Shown here in pieces: positions 12,113-25,159 of a stretch of 64,000 nucleotides of DNA. How positions within the stretch are numbered: position 1 is the first letter of the stretch; every line of letters starts with the position of its first letter. The notes below the pieces were generated by a model. The model was not told the DNA's origin. It was given only the letters and a program-made list of their open reading frames with translations, and ran no database searches. The stretch comes from Marsupella aquatica (lineage: Eukaryota > Plantae > Marchantiophyta): positions 28,941,611-29,005,610 of the forward strand of contig OZ316891.1 of NCBI GenBank assembly GCA_973895155.1. The letters are read 5' to 3'. Made by a program: the position numbers and the translations under genes.

Positions 12113-15100
12113 GAGACACGAACAACTCTATCATGAAACTGCAAGGAAGCTTGTCTACAATATCTGTAGAGATTTTGTTCCAATTTCGTTCTACTCGGGA
12201 TACTTTTGGTTGCGACAGTTATTTTTTCTGGAAGGAAAGTAGTCTCACATTGCGGAATGTGCCCTCTTATTGAGTGCAAGCTAGCGAAGTACTGGTGATG
12301 GATGCCGTGATAGTGATTTAATACAAACTGAGAATTATGAAGAGAAGGTCGAGTTACCTTCAGTTGGGTATATGTGGGCCATAGTTGAGATAAGATGAGA
12401 TGATACGTCACTGGGATGGCTAAATCACAGTGGGAGATGAAGGTGAAGCACAGATCAGGGAAAAAGTATTTGACATGAGCACTGAAAGGTGAGCAATGTC
12501 ATAACATGGCTTTTTAAACGAGAAGGGATAACGTACTACAATGGACGAACGTAGTGCGAAGAGCGAATCCAGGAGCTTTCTCTTCGCGAGTGGTGGCGAA
12601 TTGACTATTTCCCTTTTCAGGCTAAGTCATACATTGACGGATAGATCATTTATGAACAAATCTGAGTCGTTAGATCATGGCAAACTTCCACCAACACTCT
12701 CTGAAAAGTCGAGATATGCACTGACTTTTTACTACAAAAAATGCTTTTGACAACCCCCTTTCTAAGCTGAAGGCCGAGCAAACTTTGTGAGTGAAATTTT
12801 CGCTGAGTCGAAGGAGTTGAAAGGGACTTTATTCTGCGCACCAGCCTATAAAGTACAGCAGGGTAAGTTGAGCGTCTCTTACGAGCTCTGAAGATGCTGC
12901 CGTTAATCAATAAAAGTTGTTCTTCCCATGATCCTCACACCATGTGAGAGAGCAAGCATTTGACACGAGTGACAGTCACGCTATGCCAATGTTCGAATCG
13001 ACAACTTACTGGCTAAACCTTTTTATTTTAAAAACAATATTTATAAAACGTTCTACAGCAATGCATGCAAAGTGTGAATGTTGAGGGCCTCAATTGACAT
13101 GGGCGTGACGTCCTGAGCATAACCCTCATTAGTAGGTGAAGTAAAGAGACAAGAATAAACCGTCACTAATAAGTACTTATGTTGCGTCAAGAGTAAAACG
13201 CTGAGCGCAGACCAGAGCAGCGCCAAGAGATGGCCAGAAACAAAGGTACAAAGCTTGGTTCCATTGAGAACAAATACAACTATATAATAACAATTGGCAA
13301 TTTGTTGGTAAGCGAAGAATCTTACGAAGAATCCGAAGATGGTGCAATTCTTTTTTAATTTAAAAGTTCATTTATTTTTTCATCCCATAAATAAACTATT
13401 AATGCCCTTTGTGATTTTTCACTTTGTATTTTTCTGCATTCTTGGAGAATTGGATGACCTTGTTAGGAAGACTATCCTTTAGTTTCACTACAACCAGTAA
13501 AAATAAATATCTCTTAGGGCTTCTAAATGTATTTGGGGTCCTGTTACCAGAAAGTTATTGGCAATAATAAACCCTCAAAACTTGAGCTGAAGCTCTCGTT
13601 TGTTGGGGCAATATATCCCACCATGCCCTGTAAATAGGATTTTACAATACACTAAGGCACTCAAGGATCATGACTCACTTAGTTAACTGTGATTCCATAA
13701 ATATGTATGATTCCATTCATGAAGCATTTTTGTGAGTCCCCAGGTTGCATTGTGGATGGCAGGGAGTGGGTTCAAGGTGCACTAAGTGGGTTTGTGGGGA
13801 GCAGTTCAAAGTGGGGGTTAGGGGAGGCAACTATATGCAGTGGGTTAAAGGGTTTGCAACCAACAATGGGGACCAGGTTTGCAACTGAGGGCAGAAATGT
13901 AAACTGAGTTCCTTCATCTGCCCTGATCCCCCAACGCTGATAAAGGTTTTTACCAGTTAAATTCCTTTCCTCCGTGGGTTCTCCAACTTCCTGGCCTCCC
14001 CTCTATTAGGGCATCTTAAACTAGCTGTTTCCTGGAGGTTTCCCGTGGCCAAAATGTTGTTGGACGAGTCACAGACCAAAATATGTGTTTCCCGCAAACC
14101 ATGGCCGTCAGTAACTTGTCCGAGTGAAATGCTTTGGCGCCCTTTTGATAATGGTTGGCCCTCGTTGAAACATCAATGATGTGCTCTCTTTTGGAGGGTG
14201 AGGCGTGATCTGTCTCTAACCAAATCCCAGACTTGGTAAATCTGACCAAAATCTCGGTTTTAGGCATGACCGTGGACAAATATTTTCCAGCACTACTGTC
14301 CAAAACTTCCTCGGAACATGCAGGTTTGAGAGGGTCTTAATAGGTTTCTTTCCTGTGGGATAGTGTCTCGGGGTTGGGTGCCTTTTGTTTGGAGCCAGTG
14401 TGTTATAATCCTCCTCACCTCCAGCACAAGGAGCAATACCAAAATGATCCAAGTATCATGGAACCAATGGGTGAGTAGCATTGAGTGCAAAACATACAGA
14501 GGGTGAGGGGCACATAAATGGGGGACAGGGTGTATGAATTCCCATCTACCCTTAGGCTGTACTCCCTCCTCCAGTCCTCCTGTACAACTGCAATCATGGT
14601 CGTCTACATGGACTTCTGATTGGGTGAGAACTTTAAATGCTTCTCAGCTAGTTACATAGTATCTCTATTGAATACAGTGTACAGGAGCATCAGGGGGTAG
14701 GAGGGGGAGTATTCATACCCCCTGGCCCCTGGTCATGGGACCTATCTTTAATAAAGTTGCTTTGAAAACCCTTATCTAGTAAACGCATGAGTAAGGCCCA
14801 ATTTCCCAGAAGCCTCCAAAACCGCCAGCCAAAAGTAATATTGAGGGGACCAATCTCCAGCTGCTCACAGGCAATGACAATTAAACAATACCGAATTCAC
14901 CTATGCTTGGATTTGTTAGACCCTTCTCTTTCCAACCTTTCACTGCCCAAGTCTGATTTGCTGCATGCCTTGTGAGTCTTATGCATATATTACCAGAAAA
15001 CCCTCGGTCCCTAACCTCTAATTTCCATTGAAACATTCTATCCACTATCTGGTCATGACTTGGTCTTGTGTTTTTAGCATGTACTCAAAGGGGTAATTGT

Positions 15101-18100
15101 AGCATGCGAGCAAACGGGGAAATGTTTCTTGTTAGGAGGGAAAAAGTTGGAGGAGAAAACCCCTCATGGCTACCAAACCTAGTCCCTAGCTAGCCAAACC
15201 TGGTTAGTAAAACCCAATTCCAGGACTCCTCTTTTGCTAGTGAGCTCGCAGCCACATGGAGTCTTAGAGATGCACTGGAAATACAAAAATCAGCAAAAGA
15301 TCAAAAGACATTAAGAAACACTCATGACTCTCTAACAGTACTCTCCTCGCTAGCAAAAATTCATATTCCTGTATGCTCACATCATACAATACCTCCTCAA
15401 AGGCCAGTGATGTTAGTCATGGTTTGTTTAGGTTGGCCATGGGTACGAGGTGCATGGGTAACTCTAAGGTTGCCTTTCATCATGTTGAGTGTCTTACGGA
15501 TAGTCCTAAACTTACACAGCCCCATATCTGATTTGCCCCACTACAATGGCCAGCACAACTACAAAATCTTACACTTCACTTGCCATTGCTCTGACAAACT
15601 AGTTTCCCCAACCCGTGGGGCTCGCCAAAAACTAATGAAATAATTTTGGCCATGGACAAACTACAACTGAAGATGCATTTTCCATGGCTAAAACTGCCTC
15701 TTGTACATAGCTAGCACCCGCTGCCCCGTTATTTTTGAATTTTCTCAATTTTTTGAAATGCAACTAGGGTTTGAATGAACCACACATTTTGGTTGGATGA
15801 ATAAGGTGTGTCAAAGCATTGCCACAAGCAAATATCTTATGACTATAATTTTTGGACGTCTGATCCTAACGGGGCATGTATTTATGTAGCCCATAAAGTT
15901 TTTGTCCCTGTCATAAGACCAGTTTATGTCCTTGGCCATACTTTACTTATGGCCCGGATTGTGCCAACAGGTTTCAAACTGGAGAGCTGCTTACCATTCA
16001 GCCTGGGGCCAGTTGATGACCAGAGTGAATCCCGGCTAGTATTTGACCCGATATAGGAGTGAGGCACATGCATGCAACTATGTGCGGGTCCACATTGATT
16101 AACCTTGACATTGCCTTTCATTCTTAACCCATCCCTGCATTACTTCACTGATGGGGATTGCACCCTAAGTTTCTCTTGTGAACAGGATCTCCTTTAAAGA
16201 TATGGGAAATCAATGGCGGTCGAGGCAGTATTATCTCAGTGGCAAATTTTTGCTAGATTTCACCTCAAACAGTCTTCGCCACTTTTGGCAAAAATTAGTT
16301 AGTTTTTGTGTCCCCCTTAGCCAGTTTCACATCTAGTTGCAGGCCCCATTAACCAGAATCTAAGGGTTATCCTTAAATCTAGGGAGATCTAAAGCCCATA
16401 AATTCACCCAAAAAATATTCCTAACATCTTCTCCTTTCACACACCTTACATTCGCCACGCTAATAAGGAAAACCTTAATGATTACAATGGGTCGAGGGAC
16501 CCATGGAAGAAGCTTGACCCTTCCAACTTATCCAGAGACCTTGTGATTGAGCCTTGCAAGGAAAAGCTATGGCGGAACACCTAAGCCTGAATTCTAGTTA
16601 GGAGTAGGACATGGGCACCGACACACAAAGACGAGAGGGAATCTTTCCGCCCCTTCGTTCCTGAGAGAACTACAATCCCTCGTGTTTCGTCCATCGACTC
16701 GATTGCGATTTTGTCTGGCACCGATTGCAATGCTGGTGGGCCGCTGAAAGAGGGAGACGGGAGCCGTCCATCATGTTATTTGGGCAGGAGTGTCGGAACT
16801 CATGGCGGCTGCTGTGGGCCTTGCGCAACAATTGTCTGTAGCTTCGTATAATAATACTAATCGCCATCATTCTATCTTCGTCATCAATAGTACTTCTCTG
16901 CAAAGTAGCTCTGCCCGAACAGGCTAGCCCCAACGATTTATCATCCTGCGGTAGCAGTAAAGAAGACAATTCTATCGATCTGATGATGAGGCCGTTCCAA
17001 TGCCATGCGGCATGCGCGCCTCTGGCGTGGGTTGGTGCTTCTGACGTGGACATCTGCACCTTTATGCCGTGTCGAGGTCGCTACTGGGCCGCTCTCGGCT
17101 CTACGGTCCTGTAATTTTCTCCGCCATGTCCGGTACAGAAATGTTAAATTCAGTGAGTTCAGGTACAGGTGGGGTGGGGTGGGGTGCGGTGCTCGGTTAG
17201 CTGTAAGGCTGCAACGATATGTGGAGTCGGATCGTCGGCACTCGGCAGTCTTGTCCCGTTCGAAGACCACATCAACAACGAGAGGAGGAAAATCCGCATC
17301 CTAGGAGACACTTATTAACGGTATCATTCCACAGATTGAGTGTAGCAAAAGCTGTTCATATCCGCGGTATGTACTTCTTCACTCATGACTTAGTTTTGTA
17401 TGTGGCTCCTAGGGGAAATATTCACCGGGCAGCATGCTAGACTGATTGAGCAAGCTAAGCTAATATCTGAAGTTTGACAAAGTTATACAGAACTCAGCGT
17501 TGTGGGTGGTATCCAGCCGGTGCTCAATTAGTCATAAGGAGGACGAGTCAAAATGGACTGGAGGTCAATGAGAATGAGTTAGATTGGAGACGTGCTCAAT
17601 AAGATGAGGTGCGACTGAATTGGGACCGACATCCATACTTACGTCGAACTTCACCCCAAGGTCAATTGGGACGATAAGAACAATTTGCGATCCTAATTTT
17701 CTACTTGATCGACTGATCTTTGATAGTAAGCCGAAACCTTCTGCAGTGTAAGAAAGCAAATGTACAACGAGAGGAAGAATCCAAAACAATACGGTAGCTA
17801 CTTTTAACATTCCGTGATGTCAGCAGTGCTCCGGCTAATTTGGTAGTGTTTAGCCATAAGGGTACATTTCGCTGAAGGTTTGTTCACTTCGTTACACAAC
17901 CGCTCGTAAGAGGTGCCTTTTGACTACGGTCTCTCTGCAAGACTTGATCGGTGACGGTATCATGCACTCATCCTAGAGCGTAGCTAACGAAGGTTGTTCA
18001 GGGAGCTACGCAGTGGGGCCAGATTTATCTTGTAGCCTATACAATATTTAGTTTCTCGATTACCTTCCGCAAATATATTATTAATTGTGTGGAGAAGAAT

Positions 18101-20200
18101 GAACGGAGTACTGATCGTTTGCGAAGCACACTTGATTATACGCTTGGGACAACTCGCCGTGTAGGAGCAGACTGTTCATGGAGTAACATCTTGGATCTAG
18201 AACGAAGACACGCGAACTCTCGACGAAGAGAAGAACTAGAGGATAAGCTTCAACATTGATTCACATTACGGATTGATCTTGATTATTGACCACAGCAGTC
18301 AATCCACCTAATTCACCCCTAATAACTTGCGGAATGAGTGGCACTATTTACTCTCTGAATCTTACGAGTTCCCCCCGGTTTCTCGCCTCACTAAGATCGG
18401 ATTCTACTGGACCTTACAACATTTACCTACGACAATTGTCCCAACATTCATCCCCTGAATTGCCCACGATAACCTGCCTCCTACCCACAATTGTCACCCT
18501 GATGGACGTATCAAGTGGTTTATTTGCCCACAACAACTCGGCTAACAAAATCCACACAGGAATCCGTACCATGCATCTTACAATAGCTCGCGTCCCATGG
18601 TTCGTCATACACCAATCCATCTTAGCATCGCTTAGTACCCCTCATGCTTCTTGCAGATCTCCGACTTATTTTCGCCGCTGCTTAAGATCAGGTGAGTGAC
18701 CTTGGCCCATGAACCACAATCATCCTCCCTATTTGTCCACAGTACCAGGATTGAAGACCCCTACCTGCTGCCAAAGCTTTCAACTTGTTCTCGACATGTG
18801 CTTAGTAAAAATTCAATCTAGAACAATGACATCTCACAAGCTGTGCGATCGATGGAGCACGGCCAGATATGTTTGGGAACTCCAGCGGCTGCTATAACGA
18901 TCATAACAAAAGTTAACGGCGTCCACGAGATTTCCGAGGGGCAATCTCGACGACCAAAGCCCCTGAATACTGGAACAACAGAGGAACTTGCGTTAAAAGA
19001 AAGACTACCCTTTCAGCCTTGGAAAAGTTGTGCATGCATTTAATGACGACTGTACGAGAACCTGGCGAATGGGAGTCGAACATTTGCCCGACATTCCCGA
19101 AAACTAGGTCAAGAAAGACGTATCTACGCAAATTGCTCGAGTGAACATCCTTCGCCATCCAAATCACGGACAACAACGAATTGCGACAAAACCAGAAGAG
19201 CTTTGTGAAAATAATTTTTCGATCTCCAAAAGTATTGTACAGGAAAAAGAGAGGGTAGGTGGGTACGGCAATGACATTGTTTAAACGCAAACAAGCCGAC
19301 CGTTTGACTTAAGAGGTCTGTCTATGATCTCTGCTCACCTCTCATAATGAATGAAAAACGAATGGCTTCATCATCAGACTGAGCATTCACAGTATCTCAT
19401 CCAACTAGTTTGAACCACGACATTGAGTTCCGCTTCAGTGACACCTTTTGAAATGTTTTATCACAATTCCACATTAAAGCGTTCTATCAGGGTAGAATAT
19501 AGTAACTGAAGAACAAACGATATTGCCTACGGACACGAGGTCACAACCCACTGATCGTGCCTGGCCTCCAAGATCGAGTACGATAGAAACGAAGGATGGT
19601 TTCCTTCGCCCTCGACTCCACTCCAGTCAGTAATAATTCATTGAACAGACTGATTGTCAATATGGCCTTCAAGCAGTAGGCTCCAATGTTCTGTTGAAGT
19701 GGACCTGCTACGTTTCTTTTTTTCTCTCGCGATCTGCGAAAGGAATAGCACAAGCTGCTAACTCAATAACGCCGCCTCCCGTCGACGTAGTCCGACTGCA
19801 AAAACAACATCAAACCAGATCTTCTCAGTCTCACACTCCCGATTACTCTCCTCTCGTCCTCACACCCCAGAAAACATATGATCCTGATACATTGAACTAT
19901 TAGTAGAACTGTCAATTTTTCAGCTAGACGGCTCCTCCAAAAGAATCCTACATCAGCATGCCCTCTTCTTTCATCACGGTGTAGTCCACCTGAGACAACG
20001 CCGGCAAGGGACTAAAGAAATTCGTATGACAAGATCCAGATGTCAGGAAGCTGAGGACAACCCTGGACATTCGCCAGTGAGTGGTTCTAGTTAAACCACC
20101 TCAGACAATGGAAGGCGGCTGTGAAGAGCAACCCACGAAACAACAAATTGGACCGGAATTAAATTGAAAGCTCCGAAGGTTGACAACTATATCTCTCTGG

Positions 20201-21091
20201 TCAAGAGAGGTAGGGTTGCTCCCAAGGCTGTCTACTCACCGAAGATCCCTCGTAAGGACTACGAACGTATGAAGTAGTCCCGTCGCTGTAAGGTGGAACG
20301 TATACCGAAGGTGGAAGCCTGTCGTCTCGATACCTTACTGGGTAGCGGCCATGACGGTACGCAGACTCAGCTGCATCTTGAAGAGCCGTCTCAGGGAAGC
20401 TGTCCTGCCTTCCATAGTGAATCTTCCCATGATCTCTCGGAGAGTAGAGAGCAGCAGTGGCGTTGTCCGGGTACACGTTTTCAACAACAGTGCCATCGTC
20501 CTCGAACTTCCGCTCCACTTGCACGGGTATGACCGGCACAACATGACCTCGGGGGCTAACGTACCGAGGGTCATCATATCGTCTGCCAGTTCGCCTGTAC
20601 TCCTCCTCCTCTCGCCGGTCACGAAAATGGGCAGTAGTGTGGCCCAAAATCCCAGAACTGTGGCCCGAATACCCAGCACTGTGGCTGTGGCCATGGGTGA
20701 GGCTCGAGTGCCCACCATGCCTGTGCCTATCCCGACCATAATCGTCTGTGTAGCCCTCTCGAAACCGATACCCCTCGATGGGAACGCCGTTCAGGTAGCC
20801 CTCGCGCTCATACTCACGTTCGTAAATCTGCTCGTTGATGGCTTCCACCTTCCTGCGCTCTCCCTCAGGGCCCTCGTATCCCAGCTGGGCAATGGTTTTC
20901 GCGTCCATGTCCTCCAGCCTCTGCTTGGGAGGACTTCCCAAGTGCTCGAAGCCCACCGGCTGCCCAGTGTACTCGTACCCTCCGCCATGGACTACGCCAT
21001 ACAGTGGCCGTGAGTGCGCACGACGTTCATACTCGTCCAATTCATCGCTGCGTCGTCTATGGTGAGCGAACCCTGGGAGAATGTTCTCCAT
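20201..21091 (-). CDS. Orphan hydrophilic protein, 296 aa, R/E/G/Y/H-rich, probably largely disordered; single coding exon
   Basis: Long ORF with a true ATG in good context (GCAATGG) and GC3-rich codons. A splice acceptor (TTTCTGTGGCAG) lies ~33 nt upstream. It contains the His-rich tract RHRHGGHSSLTHGHSHS. Confidence 0.85.
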   Translation of the reverse strand: MENILPGFAHHRRRSDELDEYERRAHSRPLYGVVHGGGYEYTGQPVGFEHLGSPPKQRLEDMDAKTIAQLGYEGPEGERRKVEAINEQIYEREYEREGYLNGVPIEGYRFREGYTDDYGRDRHRHGGHSSLTHGHSHSAGYSGHSSGILGHTTAHFRDRREEEEYRRTGRRYDDPRYVSPRGHVVPVIPVQVERKFEDDGTVVENVYPDNATAALYSPRDHGKIHYGRQDSFPETALQDAAESAYRHGRYPVRYRDDRLPPSVYVPPYSDGTTSYVRSPYEGSSVSRQPWEQPYLS

Positions 21092-21123
21092 TGCAACCCT
21101 TTCTCCGACTCAAATCCTGTGAT

Positions 21124-21864
21124 CTGCCACAGAAACAACAGCCATTCACCATCAGCCCAAGATCAATCGTCTGTGATCTAACCCTCCAAAATAGACACTC
21201 AGAATACGGCTCTTGTCGACGAGGATTGAGATTTTAAGTTTGGTAGTCATGTGCTCGGTCGCTCTAGCTCGCCACGTGAGAACACAGACAAGACCACCAC
21301 AAATCACTCTCGTTTGGTGAATGAGAGCACCCACCGAGGAAGGATTCATCCACAGCACACGACCACAAGAACGTGGACCCATGACCAAGGTCAAAATTTT
21401 ATCGTTCCACATCCGAGATCTCTCTTCACACTCGTCGGACATGGCATGGAACATTCTTTTACGAGAAAGAGTAGCTACACAACCCACTCACCACTAGACC
21501 TTAACGACTTACAGGACAAACAAGAGATTTGGTCAGAAACCTTGGTCGAGACCACCCGAGGAAATCAGAAAGCGTCCGGGTCATGAACGGATGCCGCTAC
21601 ATAGTCACGAAAGACAACATATTGGAAGATCAAGCATCTCACGGAATGAGGAGGAGAAATCGGGCCCTTTTTTCGTCACTACCTCCCGACCAGACCTTCG
21701 TCGAGACCACCAGAGGAGAAAATCAGGAAATCAAAAGCGACCGGGTCATGACCACCGCCTGTCGCTACACAGTCATGAGAGACAACAGTATGGAAGATCA
21801 ACCATCCGAAGGCATGAGAACCAAGGTCGAAGGAGAAATCAGGCACTTTTTCCTTACTACCAAC
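21124..21864 (-). other. Predicted 5' UTR intron of the 296-aa gene
   Basis: Donor CAG|GTTGGT (GT at 21864-21863) and acceptor TTGTTTCTGTGGCAG| (AG at 21125-21124), with an alternative AG at 21118-21117. Confidence 0.55.
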
Positions 21865-21865
21865 C
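21535..21865. repeat. Diverged tandem duplication, 2 x ~155-175 bp, within the leader intron
   Basis: ACCTT.GTCGAGACCACC..AGGA...CCGGGTCATGA...GCTACA.AGTCA.GA.AGACAAC..AT.GGAAGATCAA occurs at ~21539 and ~21694. This explains the repeated peptide in the + strand ORF 21529-22080. Confidence 0.8.
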
Positions 21866-24143
21866 TGCTGCAATCCGATTCGGTGAGATGTCCGTCCGAT
21901 TGCCTGAGCTCTGTTCCCCGAGAAAAGAAATGGGACTTCCTACACGATAACGTAACGCACACTCGACAGCTCCCCGCTGCCTGTCTGCCTCCCGTGCCTG
22001 CTTTGTTGGGTGGGTGGGTTCGGATGGGCTGGAATGGAAGCTCGCCCAGCATCAATCTACAGATAGCTTTGCCAGACTAACAAGTTTCCTCTGACTGCCT
22101 TACGTCTTCGGGAGGGCACTCTCTGTCAACTTTATTTGTCTCGTACTCTCGGAATCATCAAGAATAATAGTTACATAGCACAGTCATCGTGTATGTGTCT
22201 ACAGTCGGAACTCTACTCCATAACTACAGTAGTACTCAGTACATACCTGCAGTCTTCCGTTACAAAGGAATGTATTTACAATATGTGTGTAAACAGGCGT
22301 CTCAAACCAGCTCATTCCCATAGGTTTGCTGGTGTGCCAGCTCATTCCCATAAGTATGCTGGTGTGGGCTCGTCACGGACCAAAAATCTCTGATTCCGCA
22401 AAATTTTCACTTCAGCAAAGTTGGCGGCCAGCGCATTAGTGTCGGCATGAAAAATCACCCCGTGCAGAATATGTCAGTGTTCTTCAAAGCACCATTGTCC
22501 ATGGCAAAACCTGGATCCACCAGGAACCTGGATCCACAGGGTTTCACCATTTTTAGTATCATTTTCCTGAAATTGTGAAGCAAAGTCTCACCCTAGAGGA
22601 GAAAAATGTATAAAAGTGAGAAATCTTGGAAACTTCTCATTTTGTGTGGACAGTGGTGGTTTAAGTCCTTGGTGCCCTCAAAAATCATTGGCGCACTCCC
22701 AATTGATCTACAAGGGAGTTTTGAAACTCATCTCAAACCAAAACCCTTCTGGATTAAGTTTGGCTGAAAGTTGGGTTTTGGTAGTTGCTGACATAGATTT
22801 CTCACAGCAGCTGACTGAAAAAAACATGGGAAACCGTAGGTATGAGACGGTTTAGTAAAAGCAACTGAAATCTAGGATAAGGACCTTTGGTTTCAATTAT
22901 GCACTAATATTTGGGCAATTTGTTTGAAATTTGGATTGCGATAACTCACTTATACCCTTGACAAACTTGGATAGTAATCTTTTGGTGAGAAATTTAGGTT
23001 CTGACTTCTCCTCAATATCAAGTTTTGGAGTGAGCCTGCAGTCTGTGTGGGGAGCTTGTGGAAAGAGCTTTCTAATGATGCCACTTTTGCCTACTCAAAG
23101 TTTGTCTACGATAAGAGCCATTCTCACAAAGTTCTGGGCTTCACCTGGTCCATTGGATCTGCCCTTGGCTGTGCACTTTGGCATCAGAACGCTGATTGCA
23201 ACAAGGTCTCATAATCTTCAAACAACGTTTGAAGCCAAGATTTGTGCCCCCCTAAGCAACCCAAAATACTCATCCAAGTGTGGCCTGTGACCAGATCTCA
23301 GGCGGGGACTGTGCAAAAAATCTTGTCCAAGCAAAGGTTTAAGATGGAGACCCAATGCAAGCTTATAAAGCTCTACACAAATCTGTTGCACAAGATTTTC
23401 AAAGTTGACGTCTAGATGGACCAACAAGTTTGAGAGATGAAGAGGATATATTAACAACTTCTACAAAAAATCAGAGACGAAATCTTACTGCAACCAACTG
23501 ATTGGGGTGGTCTATCCAAACTCAAGATTTTCAGAATGTGAAACTTCTTCATTTGCTTCAAATGAAACTTTGTCACAAGGGATTAAATTTGTTTTGCAAA
23601 GCAAACTGGAACACAGCCAATTACACGGTCCTGTGGAAAATACAACAACGACAGCAGGCTTCCAGTGGTCACCCACACATTTACTTCACCATGTAGGTGG
23701 ATTAGATACATTTATTATGCATTATTGCTTTATACAGCAATACTCGTAATACGAGAAGATCAAACACATCTTCTGTGACTGTATTTCCTATTTAGCACCA
23801 CCCAGAAGACCCAACCACAACCACCCTAACGCTACCCTAACGCTGGGTACACACCGGCCAAAAGACCCACTGTTCTTCTCCATACCACCCAAAAGACCAA
23901 ACCAAGGCTACCCTACCCCACGATAGAGACCTTATGAGGTGAGGGCCTACTTCTGGACATGAAGTGAAGTCCCAATCCAGACTTAAATTAGGTCAGCCAA
24001 GAAGTTAAAACTCTTACCAGCCTTTTACCAGGATTTATAGTAGGCTTTTAGTTCCTTGCTGTGGTCGGGGACTCACTGGGTTTGTCCCTTCGTTTTTTAC
24101 CCAGAATTGGATCGCCTACCTTTGAGATTTTCACCTTGTTTTC

Positions 24144-24387
24144 TGCCTGGATTTAGATCTTTTGCCTTTGGGATCAATCCAGTCTCCGGGTTTGGCACTT
24201 TTTGTGCCTGGATTTAGATCTTTTGCCTTTGGGATCGAGTCCCCCAGTTTGGCACGTTTTGTTCTTGGCAGTGTGATATATACCTAAAGCAATCATATCT
24301 ACAGTAGATATCTGAATTACACGTTTTGTTCTTGGCAGTGTGATATATACCGAAAGCAACCATATGTAGAGTAGATATCTGAATTAC
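24144..24387. repeat. Two adjacent short duplications (2 x ~32 bp core; 2 x 67 bp)
   Basis: TGCCTGGATTTAGATCTTTTGCCTTTGGGATC at ~24144 and ~24205. CACGTTTTGTTCTTGGCAGTGTGATATATACC...AGTAGATATCTGAATTAC at 24253 and ~24320. Confidence 0.85.
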
Positions 24388-24579
24388 AGTCAGGTAGGAT
24401 GGGGTTTCTATGATGATGGTACGAGATTGGTAATTTGGTTACAGTTGGGTGTGCAAATAATAAACAATCATTCAATTTCTCTCCATTGACTTAGCAGTTG
24501 TGAATTGAAGTGTACTGCATTTTGTGGTCCAGACCGCTCTCATTTCAACAACCAGAATTTCTGGACCACAAATATTTCT

Positions 24580-24809
24580 TCGTCCCTCTCTAATATTGCG
24601 ATATAAGAGCTGGTGATCAGGAACGTAACCTTCTTCAGTCTTTAATTCTTCAACAGAGCATTGAGCTCAGCGTAAAACTCCTTTGCTTTTGGGTGGGATG
24701 CTCTGCCTCCCGCAACAAAGCGACGAGTCTCGTTCTCAATCTCAATCCAGGTTCTCTCTGGCTCCTTGCGGATTCCTTGTTCATGCATCAAACTGCGTAC
24801 AACCGAGAC
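24580..24809 (-). pseudogene. Relic E2 / N-terminal DYW (E+) fragment of a tandem PPR-DYW paralog
   Basis: VSVVRSLMHEQGIRKEPERTWIEIENETRRFVAGGRASHPKAKEFYAELNALLKN*, then after a frameshift LKTEEGYVPDHQLLYRNI. This is collinear with VSLTRSTTMHERGAHKEPGRSWIEV...LKAEGYIPNTQLLLQNV of the intact gene. Confidence 0.85.
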
Positions 24810-25159
24810 CTGCCAGGAATTAGAAGACAAAAGGTTTAGATCAAATTCCAAAATGAATCACTCAAATTGTGAAGTCCAGTTTGTCCTGTTACTTTTAGAG
24901 TAGTCATTGGAATTAAAGCTTCTGAGCCACTCTTCCTAAGATGGTATCATAAAATGGAGATCTAGAACCCCCCTACGAATGACTTACCAGAAATGCAAGT
25001 ATCGATGGTTGCATAAAAACCTCTCCAAACGATGCATCTTTACGAAAGTATGTTCTTCCTTGAACCAAGCAAACAGAGAAGGCCTGACTGTGTCTCGGCT
25101 GCCAGAAAGTACTGGTTTAGATTCACTCTCCAGCCAGAGCAACACAGCTATCAACCTGG

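Noticed and set aside
16544-16565. TGATTGAGCC resembling the 5' end of miR171
   Set aside because: Only 10 nt match and no hairpin partner is visible.
20351-21013. 220-aa plus-strand ORF
   Set aside because: Antisense shadow of the GC3-rich 296-aa gene.
21529-22080. 183-aa ORF with an internal peptide repeat
   Set aside because: Non-ATG start; explained by the DNA duplication in the leader intron and promoter of the minus-strand gene.
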